The translations under genes and the position numbers were made by a program. 64,000 nt of DNA. Origin: a virus. The stretch lies in IMG/VR virus record IMGVR_UViG_3300031972_002446, positions 32,001 through 96,000 of that record; one strand, given 5' to 3'. The stretch's first letter is position 1. Each line of letters starts with the position of its first letter. Shown one piece after another: positions 19,663 through 29,547 of this stretch. The notes below the pieces were generated by a model. The model was not told where the DNA came from, did not search any database, and saw nothing but the letters and a program-made list of their open reading frames with translations.

Positions 19663-20957
19663 TATGCTATAATATCGTGTTGAATGTTACCAAATACATC
19701 AGTTAGTCTAAAGTCTCTACCACTATATCTATATGTTAATTTACTATGGTCAATACCCATTAGATGTAATATAGTAGCATGTAAATCATGCATGTCCATA
19801 CCATCCACTGCTTTATGCCCAAAATCATCAGTAGAACCATATCTCATACCACCTTTAACACCACCACCTGCCATCCACATAGAAAATCCACTATTATTAT
19901 GATCTCTACCTGTTGCTCCTTCTTTTATACCGGGAGTTCTGCCAAACTCACTTCCAAATAATATAATTGTATCTTCAAATAATCCAGAATCTTTTAAGTC
20001 TTGGATCAAAGCAGCGATAGGTTTATCAATAGCAGAAGTATTCTTTTTTAAATTATCATTAATGTTCTGGTGCATATCCCATCCACCATGACCAATCTCT
20101 ACGAATCTAACTCCTGCTTCACTAAATTTCTTTGCTAATAAACACTGTTTGCCAAATTTAGCAGTGGCTTTATCATTGATACCATACTTCTGTAAGGTTT
20201 GTTGCGATTCTTTTGATATATCAATAGTATTAGGAACACTTGTCTGCATCCTAAAAGCCAACTCATAACTCTCAATCAATCCTTCTAGTCTACCATTTTC
20301 TGCACCATCTTTTAGGTGCATCTGGTTAAAGTCTCTTAATAAATCTAAATCTTTTCTTTGTCTGTCTTTAGTTGTAGATGTATTTACAAGATTAGGTATA
20401 GCACTTTTACTACCAGCATTAATAGCAGTGCCTTGATATACTGCTGGTAAGAATGAACTACCATAATTATCAGGCCCAATGTTAGCATCTATAGTTATAA
20501 ACCCCGGCAACTCTTTATTCTCTGTGCCTAATCCATACAATAACCAACTACCCATACTAGGTCTACTGAATTGAAAATTCCCGGTATGTAATAAACTTCT
20601 TGCTTGATTATGATTACCTGTTTTACTCTTCATACCATTCAACAGACATAAATCATCTGCATGTTTACGCAAGTGTGGGAAGTTCTCGCTAATTTCTATG
20701 CCGCTATCTCCTGCTGGAGTTAAAGGCACTCCCGGTTTCATAATCTTTCTACCTTTACTTACAGGATCATCTATACCTGCTTTTTCTACCATTAAAGGCT
20801 TATGATCAAAAGTATCAGTATGAGTCATACCACCATTCATATACATGAATATAACTCTCTTATTACTTTTCATAGCCTCTTCTGCCATTAATCCTTTTAA
20901 TGCTAACATACCGAAACCAAAACTACTGGCTTGTAATAAACTTCTTCTATTTAACAT
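19662..20957 (-). CDS. DUF1501 protein (Tat-exported, alkaline phosphatase/sulfatase-like)
   Basis: NRRSLL twin-arginine leader; VIFMYMNGGMTHTDTFDHKP, RPSMGSW, YELAFRMQ, GWDMH, SEFGRTP, GRDH and DLHATILHL motifs. Confidence 0.93.
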   Translation of the reverse strand: MLNRRSLLQASSFGFGMLALKGLMAEEAMKSNKRVIFMYMNGGMTHTDTFDHKPLMVEKAGIDDPVSKGRKIMKPGVPLTPAGDSGIEISENFPHLRKHADDLCLLNGMKSKTGNHNQARSLLHTGNFQFSRPSMGSWLLYGLGTENKELPGFITIDANIGPDNYGSSFLPAVYQGTAINAGSKSAIPNLVNTSTTKDRQRKDLDLLRDFNQMHLKDGAENGRLEGLIESYELAFRMQTSVPNTIDISKESQQTLQKYGINDKATAKFGKQCLLAKKFSEAGVRFVEIGHGGWDMHQNINDNLKKNTSAIDKPIAALIQDLKDSGLFEDTIILFGSEFGRTPGIKEGATGRDHNNSGFSMWMAGGGVKGGMRYGSTDDFGHKAVDGMDMHDLHATILHLMGIDHSKLTYRYSGRDFRLTDVFGNIQHDIIA

Positions 20958-20959
20958 AT

Positions 20960-21583
20960 TTACTCTCCGAATTTATAGTTTAATAATTCTATATCTTGTT
21001 CATATTTGTCTTTAACTATTTGTTGAGTTTCCTCATTATAATATTCTTGATATGGTCTGTGTTTGGATTTGTGCATTGTTTTAAATTTCTTACGTTTGGG
21101 CATACCTATTGCATCACACACAAAACCAAGATCATTTGCAAAATTTTCAAAACGACCTACAAAATCTATTTGATCAATAGGATACAATTCTGTTTGTAAC
21201 CTATAATGTCTATCGCATGTCTTAGTCTTTACATTTCTTATATAATGTATAAACTTATCAAATGTTTTAAAGTTATTCTTATTGAAGTTCTCATAACCAT
21301 CCTCCATTTTATTAAAATAACAACTAACTAATCTATCCCAAGGGTTTCTAACAAAAGCAAATTTAAAATAATTATCAGAATACATTCGGTTTTTCCATAG
21401 CAGATATTCCTGCCAAACATTTTCATCGTTCTGATATATATTAATTCTATTACAAAAACTTATTTTAGTATGTTGGCATAAGTGGGAAAGAATCGTTGTT
21501 GTTGCTGCTTTCGCAACCCTGAACCACAAATATTTATTTTTTTGTGATGAAGTTATCATAAATTTTGTTTTAATATACTTCAT
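20960..21583 (-). CDS. Sulfotransferase family 2 protein
   Basis: KAATTT, FVRNPWDRLVS, HYRLQ, VGRFENF and YQEYY motifs. Confidence 0.88.
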   Translation of the reverse strand: MKYIKTKFMITSSQKNKYLWFRVAKAATTTILSHLCQHTKISFCNRINIYQNDENVWQEYLLWKNRMYSDNYFKFAFVRNPWDRLVSCYFNKMEDGYENFNKNNFKTFDKFIHYIRNVKTKTCDRHYRLQTELYPIDQIDFVGRFENFANDLGFVCDAIGMPKRKKFKTMHKSKHRPYQEYYNEETQQIVKDKYEQDIELLNYKFGE

Positions 21584-23952
21584 TTAATATTTCTAAATTC
21601 TCCTGTACAGATTATTATTTGAATAAGTTTGGCAAGATCGCTATCTTGTTTAATAAACTCTATAGATTTTTTATTCTCTTGCTCTGTCGGTGGACGACCT
21701 AAAAACTTTAGAAATATTTTATTTATGTTGTTGCGATATAATATACTGGGCATGGTTTTACCCATCTTTTTATTATGTTCAATCAATACTTTGGCTTCTT
21801 CTTGTGCCAATGCTATAATCTTAGGATTATTCATTAGAAATAACGCTTGTGTAGAAACTGTCGTAACGCTTCTCTCTGCATTAAGCAAACTATTATCTGG
21901 TCTATCAAATATATCCAGCACCTCAATCTTATTATCTCTTAACGATGGAATATAAATTGATCTTGCTCTTGTTTCTCCAATATACTTTCTTAATTCTTTA
22001 CTAGGATTTTTTATACCTGTTTGAAAATCACTTACATTTTTATGCGACCCGTCTAGTTTACCTGATACAAATAATAATGAATCCCTAATTTGTTCAGCCT
22101 CTAATCTTTTCTCATTCATTCTCCAGAAATAAATATTGTCAGGATCAATCTCATAATTATTTTTATCAAACTTACTACTACGCCTATAAGCATTGCTCAT
22201 TACAATAGTTTTTATAAGTCTTTTATTTGATAGTCTACCAGTAATAAATTTAGTGGATAAATAGTTCATAAGTTTAAGATTAGTAGGCTCTCCACCAAGT
22301 ATACCAAAATTATCAAAACTATCCAGTATACCTTTACCAAACAAATGTCTCCATACCCTATTAACATGAACCCTATAAGTTAATGGATTAGTTTTATGCG
22401 TTATCCATTCCGCAAACTCATATCGTCCACTGGTATTATCAAAATTAAGATTAGGTCTATCGCTAAATATTTCTGGTAATCTTCTAGGTACTTCATCACC
22501 CAGATTATTTACCTCTCCTCTGATCGCTAACTTAACCTCGCTCATTTTTTCTTTATCTTTAACAGACATAACCGGCTCAAGATATTCTAGCGTAGGAAAT
22601 TCTTCCTTGCCAGTAATCTCTTTTAGTTTATTCATCTTTTCTGTTAGTTGTTTTTCTCTTTTTCCTAATTCTTTATCTAATTGTTGTTCTGTTGCTCTTT
22701 TATTCCATGTTTTAATAGAATCTATTTGTGTCTGTAAATTTTTAATATCACATAATAAAAACCATTCCTCTATTTTTTTCTTCTTATATAAATCTTCTGT
22801 TTCTTTTGTCACAAGATAATCATAGTTTCCAAGATATCCAGTATTATTATTTCCCCGATACAAACCATCCATATTTTCTGTATTATTAAACACCCCAGCA
22901 ACACCATAATAGTCTTGCTGAGAAAATGGATCAAACTTATGATCATGGCATCTAGCACAACTTAAAGTCATACCTAGAAAACCCCTAGTGATTACATCTA
23001 TCTGATCGTCATTACGATCTGCCTCAAACTGTTTGGTTTGTGCCTGTATATTTTTAGTACCTATAGTTAAAAATCCTGTAGCGATCCTGTTATTGTTATA
23101 TTCTTCATAACTTTTATGTGGTAGTAGATCACCAGCGATTTGTTCTTTGATAAATTGATCGTATGGTTTGTCTTGATTAAAACTATCTATAACATAATCT
23201 CTATATCTCCAAGCATAAGGACTAATTAAATTCCTATCTTGCCCAGATGATTCTGCGTACCTTGCCACATCAAGCCAGTGTCGTCCCCATTTCTCTCCAA
23301 ACCCCTCATCTTGCAATAAACTATCAACTAACTTTTCATACTTATCTTCTGAAGTATCATCAGTATAGCCTTTTATTTGTTCAATACTTGGTGGCAAACC
23401 AATCAGGTCAAAATAAAGTCTGCGAACAATAGTATAATCGTCTGCTGCCTCTACTGGTTTTAGTTTGTTCTTTTCTATTTCTAAATTTAATATAGCATCT
23501 ATCTCTGTACCATCATCGTATTTGGCTACAGGAGGTCTCGCAACCTTTTTAAATGCCCAGAAATTTCTAGCCTGCTTTAATTCTACTGCCCTATTCTCAT
23601 GCTTATATCTTGGGTCAGGCATACCCATTTTAATCCATTGTCTAAAATTATTGACAACTTCTTCGCTGAGAGGATTATCTGGAGGCATATCACCAGACTC
23701 AATATAATCTAATAACAAACTCTCATCTGTCTTACCGGGAACAACTGATGGGCCAGAATCACCACCGTTTAATATGCCTTGCCTAGTATCTACAGACAAT
23801 CCACCCTTTACATCTTTAGAATTGGAAGAGTGACAAGAATAACATTGAGTGGTCAAAACTGGCTTAATATTTTGTTCAAAAAACTTTATACCGTTGTCTT
23901 GGGCAAATAATGATCCAGATAATAACACAAAGATAATACAGGACGACCTCAT
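21580..23952 (-). CDS. Planctomycete cytochrome c (PSCyt1)-DUF1549-DUF1553 protein
   Basis: Signal peptide; CYSCH heme motif with MPP; RRLYFDLIGLPP, WLDVARYAES, CARCHDHKFDP, NPLT.RV.VNRVW, RLEAEQIRD and QALFLMN motifs. Confidence 0.95.
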   Translation of the reverse strand: MRSSCIIFVLLSGSLFAQDNGIKFFEQNIKPVLTTQCYSCHSSNSKDVKGGLSVDTRQGILNGGDSGPSVVPGKTDESLLLDYIESGDMPPDNPLSEEVVNNFRQWIKMGMPDPRYKHENRAVELKQARNFWAFKKVARPPVAKYDDGTEIDAILNLEIEKNKLKPVEAADDYTIVRRLYFDLIGLPPSIEQIKGYTDDTSEDKYEKLVDSLLQDEGFGEKWGRHWLDVARYAESSGQDRNLISPYAWRYRDYVIDSFNQDKPYDQFIKEQIAGDLLPHKSYEEYNNNRIATGFLTIGTKNIQAQTKQFEADRNDDQIDVITRGFLGMTLSCARCHDHKFDPFSQQDYYGVAGVFNNTENMDGLYRGNNNTGYLGNYDYLVTKETEDLYKKKKIEEWFLLCDIKNLQTQIDSIKTWNKRATEQQLDKELGKREKQLTEKMNKLKEITGKEEFPTLEYLEPVMSVKDKEKMSEVKLAIRGEVNNLGDEVPRRLPEIFSDRPNLNFDNTSGRYEFAEWITHKTNPLTYRVHVNRVWRHLFGKGILDSFDNFGILGGEPTNLKLMNYLSTKFITGRLSNKRLIKTIVMSNAYRRSSKFDKNNYEIDPDNIYFWRMNEKRLEAEQIRDSLLFVSGKLDGSHKNVSDFQTGIKNPSKELRKYIGETRARSIYIPSLRDNKIEVLDIFDRPDNSLLNAERSVTTVSTQALFLMNNPKIIALAQEEAKVLIEHNKKMGKTMPSILYRNNINKIFLKFLGRPPTEQENKKSIEFIKQDSDLAKLIQIIICTGEFRNIK

Positions 23953-23977
23953 GTGTGATACCTCCTAAATTGGTATA

Positions 23978-23989
23978 TTGAAATACACC
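23978..23989 (-). promoter_or_regulatory. GGTGTA-type putative late/middle promoter upstream of the DUF1549/DUF1553 operon
   Basis: GGTGTAtttcAATA 32 bp before the ATG; the same core precedes about 14 genes including virion genes. Confidence 0.6.
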
Positions 23990-24086
23990 GTACTATGTTT
24001 TTATACTACCTTTCTTATGTTTAGGTATATATGGACAATTCCTGCATCCACTACCACAACACTCTTTTCTCGATAATAATAATTCT

Positions 24087-24275
24087 CTAGTTAATGCATT
24101 TGTCATTTAATTTAATAATTGTCCAGTACTTACTGCCACAATGATTATCCACCCATTCTTCTGCCATGTATTTTTCTTCAAAAGGCCCGAATATTCTATC
24201 ATCTCTATCACCAATACGAAAATTTTTTAATTCAATAGCGTATTTACTCATGTTGCTAGTAACAACAATATACAT
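24087..24275 (-). CDS. Hypothetical protein
   Basis: FGPF..K..AEEW motif typical of small phage proteins. Confidence 0.55.
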   Translation of the reverse strand: MYIVVTSNMSKYAIELKNFRIGDRDDRIFGPFEEKYMAEEWVDNHCGSKYWTIIKLNDKCIN

Positions 24276-24295
24276 ATTACATCCTTATATTTTTA

Positions 24296-24670
24296 TTACA
24301 GACAATTCTTTGTAAAAATTATTCCTTTGTTTTGTGGTGCTGGTTGAGGCTTAGGGAATTTAACCACATCACTAACAACCCACCCATATTTGTTTTTATC
24401 GTCCCATTTATACGACATATCATTATCTGGTACAAGATGACGGTTATAATCATCACGCCACTCATTTTCATCTTTATATTGAAAACTATGAGAGAAAGTA
24501 ACTATACCAATGATCCTAGCCTTGAAATTCCCTGTCTTGCCGGGAGTTTCTATTAAGGCTAGTTCTTCGCCCTCATATTTCTCTGGCAGGGGGTAACTTC
24601 TCGTTTCCACACATTTATTTCCAATAATTAAATTTTCTGCCCAAGGACACTGAATATTAATACCAGTCAT
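24296..24670 (-). CDS. ASCH/PUA-like domain protein
   Basis: IQCPWA.LI.G.K.VETRS, IIG.V and YGWV motifs. Confidence 0.8.
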   Translation of the reverse strand: MTGINIQCPWAENLIIGNKCVETRSYPLPEKYEGEELALIETPGKTGNFKARIIGIVTFSHSFQYKDENEWRDDYNRHLVPDNDMSYKWDDKNKYGWVVSDVVKFPKPQPAPQNKGIIFTKNCL

Positions 24671-24860
24671 TTTTATGCAAATACTCCTGAAGGAAATTTT
24701 TTAAGGCATGAAGTTCTATTTTACTCATCGGACTGAAACTGTCAATATATCCAGTTTTTTCTTCGCCTTCTTCTGTTTTATAAACTCTGTAAAATTGAAT
24801 AGAGTGTATATCCTTATGTATATTTTCTTGTATTTTGAAATCTACTGTTTTAGGTAACAT
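24657..24860 (-). CDS. Hypothetical protein
   Basis: ORF after the GGTGTA motif at 24905. Confidence 0.55.
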   Translation of the reverse strand: MLPKTVDFKIQENIHKDIHSIQFYRVYKTEEGEEKTGYIDSFSPMSKIELHALKNFLQEYLHKNDWY

Positions 24861-24917
24861 AATTAATAATCCGGTTCTACAATGTAAAAATAATACAGTT
24901 TGTATACACCTTTATAT

Positions 24918-25745
24918 TTAATTATTCGTATAGTATTTTAATATGTCGTCAATACCTTTTTTTATAGTGATTTGAGGATGCCAGAAGTTCATTATGTATT
25001 CATCTGGAGGATTTAGTTTATTAAATTGTACTTCATCTGTTTGCGTGTCCTTTACTATATCACAATTTGTTTTATTGCTAATCAGTTTAGCAATATCTAT
25101 TATTTTCACCCATTCAAAACTAGTTATATGATAGGGCTTAGTCTTGTCTAGACTATGAAACTGTTCAGCCAGTATACTTAAACAATTACTACAATCATCT
25201 GCGTGTAAAAACTGCCTAGATTCCTCACCATCTGTTAACATATCAATAACGCCATTATTAATTGCTTTTAATATAAAGTCTGTTATTACATGGAATTTGT
25301 TTGCATCTTTTTCTATTCCGTAAACATTCCAAAACTTAACAACTAAACCACCCAATAATTTTGTATAAATTTCCCCTATGTTTTTTAATGCGCCATAGGT
25401 CGATTGTTCCATGTTGGACATTTGAGAGGAAGCAAATATAAAAGGTTTCGCATGTCTTCCTATAAGACTCATAGTATTTTCTATGATTCTCATATTATTG
25501 GAAACAAATTTTGGATCATTTTGATATTCTTTTAAATATCTTGAACCACCAACATCAAACGCTAAAAAATATATAAAATCACTTTTACATATGTAGTCTT
25601 CTAAGATTGTATTATTTGGTATTCGTAAATCATGGTTGTGAGTAATACTAATATCAAATTCTAAAACTTTTTCTTGTTTGTTTTTTAAGAAAGAAGTTAG
25701 ATGGTTGCCTATTTGACCAGATGATCCTATAATTAAACTTGTCAT
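24918..25745 (-). CDS. NAD-dependent nucleotide-sugar epimerase/dehydratase
   Basis: GSSGQIG, ASS, YGALK, NVYG and RQFLHADD motifs. Confidence 0.9.
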   Translation of the reverse strand: MTSLIIGSSGQIGNHLTSFLKNKQEKVLEFDISITHNHDLRIPNNTILEDYICKSDFIYFLAFDVGGSRYLKEYQNDPKFVSNNMRIIENTMSLIGRHAKPFIFASSQMSNMEQSTYGALKNIGEIYTKLLGGLVVKFWNVYGIEKDANKFHVITDFILKAINNGVIDMLTDGEESRQFLHADDCSNCLSILAEQFHSLDKTKPYHITSFEWVKIIDIAKLISNKTNCDIVKDTQTDEVQFNKLNPPDEYIMNFWHPQITIKKGIDDILKYYTNN

Positions 25746-26587
25746 TATGCTACATACCTTATATGTTTATCTATCATGGTATAAGGACTATTAGAGTATA
25801 AAGCACTAAAGAATCCTAAATTACTATTAACCAATAATTTATGATGACATTTACTCATCAGCAAAGCCTCTAAAACAGCCGCTTCACCTTTATCATAATT
25901 ATTGTTATTAAAAAGCCAAGTAGTATCAATATTATTTTTATCCGATATATATGGATGATCATAGAATATAATACTATTACCGAAATATTTTCTAATATAA
26001 TCTCTGGGTTCTTTATCATTAGACATTACATAAACTTTATCGTAATCGTCTATGTAAGATTTAATAGTTTTAACATAGTATTCGTTGTCCATCAAATATT
26101 GTTGATGTCTACCATGTCCTCTGTTATTATTGGCGTAATGTTCCCCATTTCTAATATGTATACCAATTACTTTGTATTGACTGAATAATGTTTGATGTAA
26201 AATATCTAATTTGTGTTGTATATGAGGCTGGATTTTAATATATTTGTCAATTATTGTCTTGGCAAAATGTATAACATCTTGATCTTTATCTAAAACATAT
26301 CTACCATTTTTTACAGTGAACATTAGGTTATTGACGAAATTTTGATTAACTATAATATCGGAGGTTGTCTCGGAAGATATATCTACATCTAAAAAAGGTT
26401 GTTGAAAATAATATTCCCAAACATTGTTGGTTTTATTATAATTAGTGTCGTAATAAGGCGTGGTATTAATTAAAGAAATATATAAAGCATCTTCTGAATT
26501 TTTTAAATATTTAAAAGCATCTACGACAGTCCAAAAATATGCAAACAAACCTCTGGAAGCAAAATTATCTTTATAAATATAAATCAT
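25745..26587 (-). CDS. NodZ/O-fucosyltransferase-like GT-B protein
   Basis: RGLFA, NVWEYYFQQP, IGIHIR and EALLMSKC..L..SN motifs. Confidence 0.75.
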   Translation of the reverse strand: MIYIYKDNFASRGLFAYFWTVVDAFKYLKNSEDALYISLINTTPYYDTNYNKTNNVWEYYFQQPFLDVDISSETTSDIIVNQNFVNNLMFTVKNGRYVLDKDQDVIHFAKTIIDKYIKIQPHIQHKLDILHQTLFSQYKVIGIHIRNGEHYANNNRGHGRHQQYLMDNEYYVKTIKSYIDDYDKVYVMSNDKEPRDYIRKYFGNSIIFYDHPYISDKNNIDTTWLFNNNNYDKGEAAVLEALLMSKCHHKLLVNSNLGFFSALYSNSPYTMIDKHIRYVA

Positions 26588-27310
26588 TTATCTATCAGAT
26601 TGTACTGTTCCATCGTTGTTTAGTCTATCGTGCAAATAACACAATCTATTAATTTTACTTCTATCAATATTGTTTTGTTTTAAATGCTCTAAAAGCCTTA
26701 ACTCTGAGTTACCATTACCAATGTTGTCTTTTAAAATACTTAAATACTTTTCACAATATATTTTAATTGTTTCTATTGGGCCAATAGCAAACCTGTCATA
26801 CACACCTCCTAAATAATCTTTAATATTAGTTTTATTATGACATAGAGGAATATTTAACGTGTCTTTATTTATTTTATCAATCGGAAAATTTTCCCACGGT
26901 ATATGATCACATCTTAATCTACATACTAAATCATATTTAATATTATTAATTTTAACATACTCTTGAAATAATTGAAAACAGCGATAAACACCATACCATT
27001 GTAGTATATAATGTTCCATTCTGTTTTTTAAAATATATTCGTTTTTTTCTATCTTGGGTTTGCTAAAAGTTATGCCATTTTTGTGACTTATATCTTTAGT
27101 TTCTGAATTTTTCATAGAGTCTTTTTCAAAACATAAGACGTTTGGTTTTAATTTTTGAAGAGAGGATACGTTTATTTCGGTTAAATCCTCATCAGGTATG
27201 TAGAAATATGTATCAAATCCATCAAACTGTGAAAAAAGTTTGTTGTGTATTTCTGGTAGTGCATATGCAAAGCCTCTCATTTGACCACTAAACAAAAAAG
27301 CACAGTTCAT
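26588..27310 (-). CDS. Glycan-modifying protein (SGQ.R / R.R.D / DRFA family)
   Basis: AFLFSGQMRG, YDLVCRLRCD, DRFAIG and SE..L..HL motifs found in polysaccharide loci. Confidence 0.65.
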   Translation of the reverse strand: MNCAFLFSGQMRGFAYALPEIHNKLFSQFDGFDTYFYIPDEDLTEINVSSLQKLKPNVLCFEKDSMKNSETKDISHKNGITFSKPKIEKNEYILKNRMEHYILQWYGVYRCFQLFQEYVKINNIKYDLVCRLRCDHIPWENFPIDKINKDTLNIPLCHNKTNIKDYLGGVYDRFAIGPIETIKIYCEKYLSILKDNIGNGNSELRLLEHLKQNNIDRSKINRLCYLHDRLNNDGTVQSDR

Positions 27311-27939
27311 TATATCTTCCTTAATATAGTTAAACCATGACTAATTGGTAATGTACTATATTCGTAAGAATCTCCATATATCTCCATAAATTTCAATAAA
27401 CCACCGTAAACACCATTACCTCCAAATTCATGGTTGGGAGGATAATTGTTTCGGTTGTATTCCGGTTGATTATTAGTATGCATAGTATCGTGTAGCAAAA
27501 CTAAAGATTTATTATTAATAATTTGATCTATTAAACATAATTCTTTAAATACATGATCTGAACTGTGCCAGTCATCTACAAGTACGATATCGTAAATATC
27601 TTTATTTTCAACTGATTCTTCTAAAAATTTTAAACTATCTTTTTGATGAAAAATCCAATAAAGTAATAAGTTATTAGGTAAACGCCCTCCAATATGACGA
27701 AATTGAGGGATATTTTTATCTACAGAGCATACCTCGCCATCAGTAATTTCTGCACCAAGCACTAGGGGTAATGTACTACCACCATCTCTACAGCCTAGTT
27801 CAAGAATATTTTTGGCTTTTAAACCAGTAACTAAGGATATAAATATTGGGCCTAATGCTGGAGTTTCATTGTTTCTGGGGTTAATTTCTTGGGTAATTTT
27901 AAACGTGTTGTGGATATGCCACATCGCATCAAAATCCAT
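27310..27939 (-). CDS. Class I SAM methyltransferase (Methyltransf_24-like)
   Basis: ILELGCRDGGST, SVD, DS, LVDDWH and LLHDT motifs. Confidence 0.85.
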   Translation of the reverse strand: MDFDAMWHIHNTFKITQEINPRNNETPALGPIFISLVTGLKAKNILELGCRDGGSTLPLVLGAEITDGEVCSVDKNIPQFRHIGGRLPNNLLLYWIFHQKDSLKFLEESVENKDIYDIVLVDDWHSSDHVFKELCLIDQIINNKSLVLLHDTMHTNNQPEYNRNNYPPNHEFGGNGVYGGLLKFMEIYGDSYEYSTLPISHGLTILRKI

Positions 27940-28137
27940 TTACTTTTCCTTTTTCGATTTTATGAAAAGATTAATTAAAAAATTTCTTAATTCTTTTAAT
28001 TCTGATACTGATATATCTTCCAACTTTTCATACAATACCCAATCGTCTTTGTTTTCTCCAAACTTTCTCCAAACTTCTAATATTGTTTTTTTAGTTTCAG
28101 AATCCTGAGTAACTCTAAACTTGGTATTATCACTCAT
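27940..28137 (-). CDS. Hypothetical protein
   Basis: GGAGG RBS; GGTGTA motif at 28174. Confidence 0.6.
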   Translation of the reverse strand: MSDNTKFRVTQDSETKKTILEVWRKFGENKDDWVLYEKLEDISVSELKELRNFLINLFIKSKKEK

Positions 28138-28337
28138 AATGACCTCCTAACTTTTATCGGCCATATATAACAATACACCTATTTACTCACTATGAACAAT
28201 TTTTTTCATTTTCTTTTCTATATTAGTAAGAGTCTTTTTTACTTGGGTTGATAATTCATAATCTTTTTTATATGCTAAAACAGCATCTAAAATCTTCCAT
28301 GCTTCTGCTGGACTTATTTCTATAGACATAATTTTCC

Positions 28338-28835
28338 CTAGTAAGAATGAACAGTCCAAGTGGTCTCAGTAATAAATTCCATCTGTAATGTTTTAGCAAG
28401 TTCCTTGCCCAGTTTTGTCATTTTAGTTTCAAAAAGACCATAAGGCTCAAACATGATGTACAAAACACCTGTCATTATATCGTAACCTGATTCTCTATTA
28501 CTATCAAATATTCTCAAATTCCAATCAGGTAAATCATCAGCATCAATTCCTGTATGCTGGCAAAATGTTCTGAGCATAAACTGATTATGCTCTCTATCAT
28601 TTTCATAACCAGATGAATATTCACCCTGTTCCATACTGAGCGCATTAATAAATGTGTCGATAAATCCATCTCTGTTTTTAATCATAGTAGCAAATACTTC
28701 TTCATCAATATATTTTTCTTGATATAGAACATTTGCAATAATTTGCCTAACTGCTTTCTTTTTAATTTCATTTCTACGAAGAAAATCTACAAACTCAACA
28801 GCAACAGCACTTTCTGTATAAATATCACTTCCCAT
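28338..28835 (-). CDS. Hypothetical protein
   Basis: 165-aa ORF with GGAGG RBS. Confidence 0.7.
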   Translation of the reverse strand: MGSDIYTESAVAVEFVDFLRRNEIKKKAVRQIIANVLYQEKYIDEEVFATMIKNRDGFIDTFINALSMEQGEYSSGYENDREHNQFMLRTFCQHTGIDADDLPDWNLRIFDSNRESGYDIMTGVLYIMFEPYGLFETKMTKLGKELAKTLQMEFITETTWTVHSY

Positions 28836-29004
28836 TATTCATCAACCTCCTTAGTAAATCTATAATATAATCTTTCTACCTCTTTTAAATTGTAAGAATA
28901 AGGAGCAACATTATCCTCATTCTGATTGTTCCATCGCATATCTTCATGTAGAGAATCTAGTGCGTCAAGAACAATATCCATGTCATTTTCCTCAATAAGA
29001 TACT

Positions 29005-29547
29005 TCATGCTTCTGACCCGTATCTTTGACCTGCCTCATAACTCAACTGTATAATATCATCTAATTCACAGAATAAACTATCAGACATACCTAATTGCCA
29101 ATCTTCACCATTGTACCCTTTATCGAATACCTCTTGACAAATCTCCCAAAGCATATTGCTAGTTTCACCTTCATGTATCATTCGATGAACACAACCACTG
29201 TCTGTATAATCCTCAACGTCATCTTCTGTATAATCAGGATTCTCGTCTAAATAACCATCAATATAATGGTTCATTCTTGGTTCTGCTACCTCAACCCACC
29301 AACTATCAAATGTTTTAAATTCTACTTCATTCATTACATTTCCTCTCACACTTTTTAAGTATTTAGCAATAGTTGCAGCAGTATCCTGTACTGGTATTCC
29401 TGCCTGTTCATGTATAATTAATGCCATTATAGCAGTATCAGCAACATCTTCTCTTAACAAAATAGTAAATAAATCCTCTCCATATTCTTGTTTTATGTAA
29501 TCAGCGACTTTATTAGTATAAGTGTCATTATGCTTCATAATTGTCAA
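29005..29547 (-). CDS. Hypothetical protein, apparent two-gene fusion
   Basis: N-terminal ~70 aa matches the paralog family; internal GAGAGG RBS before the in-frame MNEVEF. Confidence 0.6.
   Translation of the reverse strand: MTIMKHNDTYTNKVADYIKQEYGEDLFTILLREDVADTAIMALIIHEQAGIPVQDTAATIAKYLKSVRGNVMNEVEFKTFDSWWVEVAEPRMNHYIDGYLDENPDYTEDDVEDYTDSGCVHRMIHEGETSNMLWEICQEVFDKGYNGEDWQLGMSDSLFCELDDIIQLSYEAGQRYGSEA

Noticed and set aside
19276-23952. Window being host chromosome, or a prophage with flanking host genes
   Set aside because: Host-like genes share the phage's low GC, use the phage GGTGTA motif and are embedded among phage genes; no integrase or att site seen. A chimaera cannot be excluded without reads.
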